Positions 1-9,377 of a stretch of 64,000 nt of DNA are shown piece after piece (position 1 is the first letter of the stretch; each line of letters begins with the position of its first letter). Origin of the DNA: Eledone cirrhosa. Its lineage: Eukaryota. The stretch is from assembly GCA_964016885.1 (NCBI GenBank), contig OZ024740.1, positions 153,016,001 to 153,080,000 of the forward strand, in the 5' to 3' direction. Below the pieces are notes generated by a model. It was not told where the DNA came from, did no database searches, and worked only from the letters and a program-made list of their open reading frames with translations. The position numbers and the translations under genes were made by a program.

Positions 1-369
1 AACCTTTCAATTGCAAGACCAATGCTCTAACCACTAAGCCATGCACCTTAAGTCTGCTTCACAAAATCAGTCCTGGGATCAATCCCATAACAACGCATCT
101 TGATCAAGTATCTTTACCATAGCCTCGTATCAACCCATGTCTTGTGAGTGGAATTAGGTAGATGGAAACTGTTTAGAAGCCTGTCAAATAAACTAGCTTT
201 AACTCAAAGGGCCAGCCTTGTCATACAGTGTACCCATGCTAAAAAGCATGGGTACACTGTTCTTTGGCATGTTCAGCCACACACATGTTAATTTCACTTC
301 ACAAGCAAGCTGTTCCATTGATCAAACAACATGCATTTTTGGTAAGTTATACTCCAAATACCAACTTAA

Positions 370-589
370 CCCTTTAGCATTTAAACCAGCCATATCCGGC
401 CAGAATCTCTCACCTCTTTCTGTTCATACCAGCTGTAACTGGCTACTCATACTGATGTTAAAGTATTATTCTCAAAATAAATAATACCAAAATCTCATAG
501 ATTCGATATTATACGAGATAATTATGTGAGGTAAAGCTTTTACTGTGAAAATATAATAGTAAATATAGAGTAATGTAAATGCTAAAGGG
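370..589. mobile_element. piggyBac-like MITE
   Basis: TIRs ccctttagcattta / taaatgctaaaggg, flanked on both sides by TTAA (366-369, 590-593). A related copy lies at 24244-24700. Confidence 0.8.
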
Positions 590-886
590 TTAATAAAAAT
601 ATATCGCCATTTTTACATCCACTTCTCCATGCTAATATGAGTTGGATGAGGTGTTTTGAGACAAAGTTTTACAGTTGGATGACATTCCTGATGCCAACCC
701 TTTTAGTGGCCTCTTACAACATGCAGAGATACAGTGTACCTATTCTAAAAACTGTTATATCATATTCTTGATTATTTCCAAAATTATTTGAAAATCATAG
801 GCAGTGATTTTCATTAGAAATATGGAAATGAATGGATTAACTGTCAAAGATTTTGGATAAAGAAGAAGAATAGGATCAAATATTAC

Positions 887-1115
887 CTGGGTAACATCCA
901 TTTTAAGAAATTTCATTTCAGGACGGTGTGACTGATTTTTGTCAAGCATTTGTTTGATGACAACAGAGCTGGTATCAATGTTTATAATATGCTTAAAACC
1001 TGCATCAAACATGTCAGCACTTAGTTGGGAGTTACCACATCCAATCATTAATACTTTATCTGAGGTTTTCACATATTTGCATAAGACTAAGCATAGATCA
1101 GTGAATTCACCATAC
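887..1115 (-). CDS. METTL13: eEF1A lysine and N-terminal methyltransferase (METTL13), coding exon 2
   Basis: AG/GT-bounded 229-nt exon, in phase with exon 1. Encodes YGEFTDLCLVLCKYVKTSDKVLMIGCGNSQLSADMFDAGFKHIINIDTSSVVIKQMLDKNQSHRPEMKFLKMDVTQ, with the class I SAM-binding motif IGCGNS, matching the METTL13 N-terminal domain. The gene continues left of the window. Confidence 0.93.
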
Positions 1116-1289
1116 CTAATGGAAAGAGAGAAATCATAAATTAAATATTAAACGTTTCTTAAAAATATCATTACAACTTTTAACTCTTAACATCCTACAT
1201 GAAACCACATTAGCAAGAGATTGTGGAAAAATACAAAACAGCACTATGACATGAAAAATTAAAGTCTTTAATTCAGTTTATTGTTCCTG

Positions 1290-2250
1290 AGGCACGCATT
1301 CTGCACTACAATGGAGGGGATCTCCTGTGCACCAGAAAGGACGGCAGGGTATTCAACCTCTCCTGTCTCAGAGTAAGGACAATGTACAAGACCCTCATCA
1401 GAGACATGCTGTTTGCCAATGATGCAGCAATTGCAACGTCCATCAGTTCACTTACCTCAGCTCCATCATCACTAACAACCTCTCTTTGGACACAGAGCTC
1501 AACAACAGGATTAGGAAGGCAGCCACAACACTTGCTCACCTCACAACCCAAGTGTGGACAAACCTCAAGTTGACAGTAAAGACCAGGCCAAGATGGCAGT
1601 GTACAACGCCTGTGCCATCAGCACATTACTGTGTGGCAGTGAGTTATGGACTACTTACACCAGACAGGAAAGGTGACTCAACACATTCCATCTGAGAAAC
1701 CTTCACCACATCCTGTTCACCACATCCTGGGTATATCTTGGCAAGATAAGTGTCCAATGACAAGATCCTGATTCATGCTGGCCTTTCAAGCATGTTCACC
1801 CTGCTCCGACAGCACTGGCTGGGACATGTCCACTGCATGAAGGATGGATGCATCCCAAAAGACATCCTTTACAGAGAGCTGGCATCTGGAAGTAGAGCCA
1901 CCGGTCGACCTCAGCTGCAATACAGGGACATTGTAAAAAGAGACCCGAAAGCCCTTGACATGAACACAGGAGTCCTTGGAGGGCCTCACAGCTAACCAAA
2001 CAAGATGGAGGAGCACCCTGAATCAACACCAAGTCGGAGGAAGAGAAGTTGATGACCGCAGCAGGCGACAAACAAGCTTGGCGAAAGGAGCGCAGTAACT
2101 CCAACAGACCAGTGACCGTACATAGATGTGACCTATGTGACAGAGCCTATCATTCATTTATAGGTCTGTTCAGCCACAGAAGACTCTGCTCCAGCCAAAC
2201 AGAGAGCAACTGAGATACCACCCATGGCCAGTCTTGACTGAAGGAGGTCT
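1290..2250 (+). mobile_element. Degenerate RTE-clade LINE, 3' fragment, in a METTL13 intron
   Basis: Broken frames with RTE RT motifs (DGRVFNL, LIRDMLFANDAA, WLGHVHCMKDGCIPKDILY.EL..G.R..GRP) and a C-terminal C2H2-like remnant. Boundaries approximate. Confidence 0.85.
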
Positions 2251-2334
2251 TAGATAGACTGCATATAACACTTTAAAAAAATATAGTCAAATAGTACGTT
2301 TTATTTAGAAAAATATCTAAACTAGTTTCCTTAC

Positions 2335-2426
2335 CATTCAAATGGTTTCAGACCACGGGTTTTAAAAAACTGGTCCCAGTAGGCATTGGAACGGAAATCT
2401 CGAGTATGACGAGGAAGTAAGTCCAT
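2335..2426 (-). CDS. METTL13: METTL13 coding exon 1 (contains the ATG)
   Basis: Encodes [31 protein letters not shown] (human METTL13 as I recall it: [31 protein letters not shown]). GT donor at 2334-2333, phase 2. A polypyrimidine tract and AG acceptor at 2474-2473 imply an upstream non-coding exon. Confidence 0.93.
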
Positions 2427-2546
2427 TATAATAAATTAAATTGATTTCAATTGAGGACTGAAATTAATGTTTCTGAAAAAAAGAGAGAAAATTAGATAAA
2501 AGACCAGCATGGTAGCTATTACATAGTATTATTAGATTAGATTATT

Positions 2547-2880
2547 AGGACGGTGGATTGGCAGTATTGGTAGAGTGCCGGACACCATGCTTTGAAGCAT
2601 AGAGTTACGTCCGTTTATGATCTGAGTTCAAATCCCGCCGAGGTTAACTTTGCCTTTCATCCTTACGGGGTCGATAAAATAAAGTACCAATAATATACTG
2701 GGTAATTGCTGGCCTTGTGCCTAAAATAAAAACAATTATTAGATTAGATTACATAGTATTATTTAGTTCAAATCCCGCCAAGGTTAACTTTGCCTTTCAT
2801 CCTTACGGGGTCGATAAAATAAAGTACCAGTAATACACTGGGTTATTGCTGGCCTTGTGCCAAAAGTAGAAACAATTATT
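2547..2880 (+). mobile_element. tRNA-derived SINE family A, one full copy plus an adjacent partial copy
   Basis: A-box-like tggcagtattggtag, B-box gagttcaaatccc, core gcctttcatccttacggggtcgataaaat, and an (ATT)n-like tail. Many copies occur in the window. Confidence 0.9.
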
Positions 2881-3541
2881 AGATTTTAATTACAGCACAC
2901 AAAATCTTACAACAGCTTTAATATAATAGATATTCTTACGTATGTGTTCAAATGATGTGAAATGAGATCAAACTGAATAGAATGCATAAATTAAATAGAT
3001 AGATAAAATGTATATGTGATATATGCATAATCACCATCTTCACCACTTCCATGGGTTAGATGGGTTGTCACATTATGAGACTAGACAGGTCATGCAACCA
3101 CATCTTGTTCATACAATCCATTTTTGGCTTGTTTTTTCTATGGCTGGGTGTCTTTCTTAATGCCATCCACTTTATAGGGTGGACTGGGTGCTTTTTGCTG
3201 CGTCACCAGCATGACCACCTTACAGAATGGACTGAGGTGTTTTTTGTCGAGGCACCTTACAGTACAATTAGTTTAACGTTAAAATGAGTGTTTCTGTTGT
3301 TTGAACAGCCTGCTAGTGAAATTAAAGTAAAATGGCTAAACATTCCAGAGACACGTTTACCAGTAACGTTTTTCTCAGAGATTCAGCATGACATAGGGTA
3401 TAACAGGACTGGACCTAACCTGTTTATATATTTATGAATATAATATCCAAGGCTTCCCAATGTAAAAATAAAGGAATCAGTGTCACTCATTTATAGATTA
3501 AACCAAGGCTCTTTGGTCTCCTACTCCATATGAAAATTAGA

Positions 3542-3587
<46 letters not shown>

Positions 3588-3677
3588 TAGAAGTGGTATT
3601 TAATTTGTTGGAAGTCCGACAAACATAAATGTTTATAACTGATTTAGAGCACTCAACAAGTTACTGAAGTAAATATT

Positions 3678-5069
3678 CAATGATATTAAATAAATGGAAA
3701 CTATATTTATAAAACCATATTTATTTTATTATATATATTTCGAAAGCACCAGTGTACCGAAACACAGCTTTATCTAGATTCTGCAAATTGTGTGTTGAGG
3801 AAATTTTTTTCATACTTAAATGTAAGAACTCTATTAATATAAGGACAAATTTATTTAGTTCTTGTAGACATCGCCTGAATTCAACATTTAGAACTATATA
3901 TAAATTATAATTACTTATAATATTTCTACTTATTTTCATAACAATCTTATCCACTTGGTTTCAATATATTGATATCTCTAAATCATATCTAACATTTGCT
4001 ATAATTTCACTTCTTAAAGTTTCATAAAATATATACATATATAATTCTAATTTTTTTTTATTTAAATTTAAATTTAATTGTAATTTTAATCTTAATAATT
4101 TTTAATTCTTTATTTTTTATTTCTTTAATTTTTTATCTATTTTTAAAAATTACTTTTTTTTTTTAATTATTTATCTCTTATAAATTTTTATTTTTTTTTT
4201 TCTCGAAATTTTAATATTTTTTCAATATCTTTTATTAGATTTATAAACACTAACTAATTCTGACTAAATATATCTTTCAACATTTATACTTATTTTGACA
4301 AAAGTCTCATACTAACAAATAAATAAACAAAACTGGAGTTTTTTCCGTATCTTCCCATTTTAAAATATATAAATATAAATATTCTTAACTCAGTTAACTT
4401 AATTTAATTTAACTTAATATTTACTTACATTAAATACAAAACCAATATCTCTCATAACTCATTAAAACAATTATCTATAACACGATATACCCATCTATTC
4501 ATTTATTTATCTATTTATTTATTTATCTATTTATTTATTTATTTATCTATTTATTTATTTATTTTCTATCTATTTATTTTTCTATCTACTTATAACAGAA
4601 AATATTATATTAGAAAAGAATTTTAAACAACTAATTAATCGTAAATACACGTACTATTAGATATATATTTAGAATATATTTCCCCCAAATTAACGTTATA
4701 TGAGTTTTATTCATCCTCTTGTTAATTTCTTCTCTCTATCTCTCTCGTAATATTTTTTATCTTTATCCACTTATATTTTTTCTCTCTCTCTTTCTTCAGT
4801 GTCATTTAAATAAACGGTTGTTTTTCAATTATTTACATATTCATTTGCATATTCACACATAAGTTTGAATAATCCCTAATATATTTCCACTATCCAGTGA
4901 ATTTCCAACCGATAAGGTATGATTTTCATGGGTATGTCTCTATTTATAAAACAAACTTTGTATTTTATCTGATGGAAGCGTACCAATGTTGTCTTGGTTA
5001 CCCTTGAAATATATATAATAAAATAAATATGGTTTTATAAATATAGTTTCCATTTATTTAATATCATTG
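3678..5069 (+). mobile_element. 5'-truncated Penelope-like retroelement with an inverted partial pLTR
   Basis: About 3740-3900 encodes SKAPVYRNTALSRFCKLCVEEIFFILKCKNSINIRTNLFSSCRHRLNSTFRTI*, the CxxC...CRH C-terminus typical of PLE GIY-YIG endonucleases. 3678-3741 is the exact reverse complement of 5006-5069 (64 bp). A hammerhead-like motif lies at 4961-5025. Confidence 0.8.
4961..5025 (+). ncRNA. Degenerate type-I hammerhead ribozyme motif (PLE-associated)
   Basis: Stem I tattttat/ataaaata. Core CUGAUGG (one change from CUGAUGA). Imperfect stem II aagcgtaccaa/ttggttaccctt, then GAA, a palindromic AU stem III, and a UA cleavage site. Confidence 0.6.
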
Positions 5070-5090
5070 TATATATAGAGAGAGAGAGAG

Positions 5091-5412
5091 GGGCACATGG
5101 GTTAGTGGTTAGAGCATTGGCCTTGCAATCGAAAGCTTGTGAGTTGTTTCCTTGAGTGATGTGTTGTTTCCTTGAGCAAGACACTTTATTGCTCCAGTTT
5201 ACTCAGCTGTAGAAATGAGATGATAGGACTGGGGTCCCTATCATTCCACTGCAAAAGTGGTCGTGGAGATGCCACGGCAAAAAAGCACCCAGCACTCATT
5301 GTAAATGAGGTTGGTGTTAGGAAGGGCATCCAGCTGTAGAAATCAAGCCAGAATCAGTTTCCTCCCACCCTTGCAAGCAGGGAAAAGCGGACGTAAAATG
5401 ATGAAAATGATG
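5091..5412 (+). mobile_element. tRNA-derived SINE family B with an RTE-like tail
   Basis: gcacatgg.ttagtggttagagc head, ccttgagcaagacacttt core, and tail ggtgttaggaagggcatccagctgtagaaa...ggacgtaaaatgatga. Very similar to 52830-53156. Confidence 0.88.
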
Positions 5413-5420
5413 ATATATAT

Positions 5421-5590
5421 AGGAAAAGAGTCAGGACAGCTATTTCTGAACAGTTCAGAAATAGCTGTCAATACGGCCGGAGCTCAGCCGTCGGGGTCCT
5501 GACTCTTTTCCTAATATCCACTCTACTACCCATAGTATCGAGTACTCTGGTGCGTTATGATTCACCTAGTTCCTTACCACACTTCCTTTT
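5421..5590. repeat. Fold-back repeat, probably a PLE pLTR remnant
   Basis: Outer inverted repeat aggaaaagagtcaggac/gtcctgactcttttcct and inner perfect hairpin gacagctatttctgaac-a-gttcagaaatagctgtc. Related copies at 40030-40195 (opposite orientation) and 43572-43632. Confidence 0.7.
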
Positions 5591-5748
5591 TTATATATGT
5601 ATATATAAAAAATAAATCATACACAAAACGCCAGCACCAAACAGTTTTGCAAGAGATGTCAACATGAATGGACCTGTTATTTCTATCTAAAGACATTTTT
5701 TCAATTCCATCCCACCCGTCCCCTCAATCTATCTTATTTCTCATTCTT

Positions 5749-5784
5749 TCTTCTGATGAAGGACTAGTGTCCGAAACGTTAAGA
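5749..5784 (+). ncRNA. Minimal type-I hammerhead ribozyme
   Basis: ucuu-CUGAUGA-a-ggac(uagu)gucc-GAA-ACGU-U-aaga. It has an intact catalytic core, 4-bp stems I and II, a loopless palindromic stem III and a GUU cleavage triplet. This is the architecture described for Penelope pLTR hammerheads. Confidence 0.8.
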
Positions 5785-5876
5785 CCCTCTTCCTGCTATA
5801 TCAAGCGTTAACCTAATATATCCCTTCCATATACTGTACCGATTGTGTTGTTATTTCTGTTTACCTTTTACATATA

Positions 5877-7013
5877 TCTATGCATATATATAAAACTGTA
5901 GTTGTCTGTGTGTGTGTGTGTCCTCATTTTTGCAAAGTCTATACAAATCCACATTTCTACTCCGATTGACTTCAAACTTGCATTTATATATTCCTTGCGG
6001 TATAAAGATATTAACTGCAGCTTTTATTTTTCAATTTTGTTGTTAAAGGGGTGTTAGGCGCCGGTTATCCATCTCTGTCGCACCATTATATCTGTCTGCA
6101 TGCCTGGCTGTCTGCATTACGACATTCTGACAAACATTGATGACGTATTATGTTCGCTATTTTCCGTTCATTGCCAAGGAACGTCTTCATGAACCAAAGT
6201 ATCGTCTTCCTGTTTTCCTTCGGTTGCAACATTTTTCGAAATATTTACTTCTGCGTTCACAGATTGATTTTTTTAGTTTCAGAAGATCCCGTTAAGGGTC
6301 AAAGCACCGATTCTTTGCTTAAACTTTAATCTGTTATTTTAATATATCATATAAGTAAGGCAAGCCAGCCCAGTTGCACTTCTTGCCAATAAACATTAAC
6401 CCTTTGTGCGCCATTCATCTAACTGTAGACCAACAAATACCAACTAAGCAGAACATTGACAAGAACGATGGCAAATGAATCTTCGAGGTAAGCAGTTTCC
6501 TCCAGTTTCCTCCCGAGCGAGATTCTCTGCTACATTTCGTAATAATACCGAACAACGTACTGCTGGTCACCCCTTCCTCCAAAAGCCATACAAAGCAGAC
6601 ATGTGCATCGGGCAGATGGATCAGGTGCAAATCTACACCAGGCCTACGCGAGAAATTCGCAAGAGACTGCACCGAGAGGGATAGAGAGAAAGAGTAACTT
6701 AATGGAAAGAGTGTGAATGAACTTTTGAGGTAAGTAGCCTACACCTTACTGCTATGGCACTGGAACCTTCTGCCAACTTAACCTGTGACTCTTTCACATT
6801 TACTCCAAAAAGAAGGGGCTCAACAATATTTCTATGAACACTGCACGTAGACAGCTAAACTGTACTTTCAACTTCTTAATTTTCTCCAAATAAAACAAGT
6901 TTCCTGTCGGTATATTTTCGTGAGTTTTTAACAGGCACTCACAAATAAACGTTTCTCATTGGAGGTGCTATTACCAATGTTCTTACCCATGCAACGCCGG
7001 GATACACTGCTAG
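5877..7013 (+). mobile_element. Non-autonomous Helitron
   Basis: 5' tc..tatatataaaactgtagttgtctgtgtgtg start. 3' end acccatgcaacgccgggatacactg-CTAG|t (GC-rich sub-terminal hairpin followed by CTAG at 7010-7013). No TSD. The 5' boundary is approximate. Confidence 0.7.
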
Positions 7014-7371
7014 TATATATATATACAGCTTTAGGCTAATGAAAAAATACAGTTAGTGTTTACACATACAATATATATACGTGTAATTAAAAAATAAATC
7101 ATACATATATATATATAATTAAACATAATGATGCTATATTGATACTTTGTTTCTACTCCTTAACATTATTATTAACACTACTTCAAAAGTATACCAACCA
7201 CAGTGTAATACAAAATGTAGAATACCACATCTGCAACAGGACCCATATTGACTTCAGTACTCAAACTGGTGTACCAATAGTAACTAAACATTACACAATA
7301 ATAAACTACCTAAAAACAACAACAGGCCGGAATGACCAGTTTTATCCACTGGTAAACCACACAACATAAAT

Positions 7372-7373
<2 letters not shown>

Positions 7374-7439
<66 letters not shown>

Positions 7440-7709
7440 ACACACAGAAACAAAATGGCGTAGGGCAGAACAAAGGAGAGGCACAGAAACAAAGAAAGGA
7501 ATCCCCAGTTACTGAAGAGGTCACAGAGTGTGTGACGAAAGAACTATGACTATATATAAACAACTATCTGGTTGTGGAACCAACCAACCAACCAGAAATT
7601 TATAAATTTGTAGATTTGTAAATTTATAAATTTATAAATATATAATAAATTGAAGTGAAAGCAACTGGTGCGTGTGTTTCTTATTGGCAACATGACCCTC
7701 CCAAAGTAT

Positions 7710-7767
<58 letters not shown>

Positions 7768-7970
7768 AGATAAATCTATTTATCTACATATTATTTCTGA
7801 AGACAGCATATATATGTGTAGGTATGTATATTTCCTCTGATAGTTTGTAAAACTTTTACATAGATCTATATAATATAAATACCAACACACACATATATAT
7901 CCTAGAAACGATCGTAAAATGATGAATTTTTTAATATAAGAAACTGTTATTTTATTCATTGTTTTTATTA

Positions 7971-8012
<42 letters not shown>
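7374..8012. repeat. Cluster of long (TA)n microsatellites (about 7374-7433, 7715-7763, 7975-8012; another at about 3547-3584)
   Basis: Read directly from the sequence. Confidence 0.97.
7507..7551 (+). ncRNA. Type-I hammerhead ribozyme motif
   Basis: aguua-CUGAAGA-g-gucaca(gagug)ugugac-GAA-AG(aa)CU-A-ugacu. It has an intact core, a 6-bp stem II, a 5-bp stem I with one G-U pair, and a CUA cleavage triplet. Confidence 0.7.
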
Positions 8013-8016
<4 letters not shown>

Positions 8017-8635
8017 GTTTACATATACATAAAGTTATAGATATATATGCTGCAACCGGTCACTTTTAAGAGGCCACTTTCGGTTATTTGTCGGAGATTT
8101 CTTTATAAGAGCCTTTCTTCTTATAGCTTGGTCTAATTGATTTTTTATATGGTTAATTATGCTAATTGGAAGAGGAAATGGTATATATTTTATCTAATAA
8201 TTCTAAGGACATGATTTATGATATATATATATATATACTAGCTGAGCTACTCGGTGATACCCAGGTATTTTATGAAAGTTACAATATATTTGGCGAACAT
8301 TACAAAATATTTGACCATTCAAATATGATTGCTGAATTTTAACCAAAGTAGGAATTATAGCAGAATATTTATTGCCGTTTGGTCAAAGTAAATCATCTAG
8401 ATAAAAATATTAGTTTTTTCCAGTGGTGATTTTTTAAATATTACAGTCAGCATATATAATGCTTTACTCATAGATGAATCATTAGGTATGTTGTCAGTGA
8501 AATGGGCATGACCAAAAAAATACATTTAGATTCTTTTTATATATCGTTTTCTTTCTTTTTATTTTTTTTTTATCAATCTGAACCTCTGAAATTCAAACAT
8601 GTAAAGGCTATTTTTAAAACCATAAATAAAATAAT

Positions 8636-8815
8636 CATTTCTACTTTAGGCACAAGGCCAGCAATTACCCAGTGCATTACTGGTACTTTATTTTATCGAC
8701 CCCGTAAGGATGAAAGGCAAAGTCAACCTCAGCAGGATTTGAACTCAGATCGTAAAGGGACGTAACTATGCTGGAAAGCATGGCGTCCGACCCTCTACCG
8801 ATACTGCCAATCCAC
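8636..8815 (-). mobile_element. SINE family A
   Basis: Near-identical to the copies at 60418-60606 and (reverse complement) 28302-28488. Confidence 0.92.
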
Positions 8816-9377
8816 AAAATAATAAAATATATTTAGCATTGGTTTATGATTGAATGAAGCATTTACTTACTCATTTCTGTAATTCGGGGAAAGTGTATTT
8901 AAATTTATAGACTGTAGCTTTCACCAATCTTTGCCTCTATGGCAGTAGGATCTTATTTGAGGGAGATTTGTTTTCTATTTCTATTAGCTATATCAACAGT
9001 TATAGTGACTCACATGACATACATAGATACATACACACACATGTATCTGTGTAAGACAGTTGTTTGTGATTTGAAATGGATTTTGCTAATATTTCTAGTA
9101 GATCAAGTTATCACATAGAACCATTCCTTTTTGCTTCATACATATATACATACCTGAGAAAGTAAGGTGGGATTTGAAGGAAATTTGGCTGCTATTTCTA
9201 CCCAACAAAGTCCTCACTTATATTACTTTATATAGCCGAGGTACCCGGGAATGCCTGCATATTCTTCCAAAGTAACACCATGCAGTAAATTTGTGGCTTC
9301 AGAATTCCTTGCAAACTACATGACTAAGGAATTAGGATCTGTGTGTTTTGTCATTGAATGAGGAATTACGACATTGC

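Noticed and set aside
2547-2645. tRNA genes suggested by A and B boxes
   Set aside because: These are SINE heads. They have no complete cloverleaf and continue into the SINE core and tail.
7284-7563. ORFs with YIYIYI runs (similar ones at 30076-30409 and 60804-61109)
   Set aside because: These are translations of microsatellite or low-complexity DNA.
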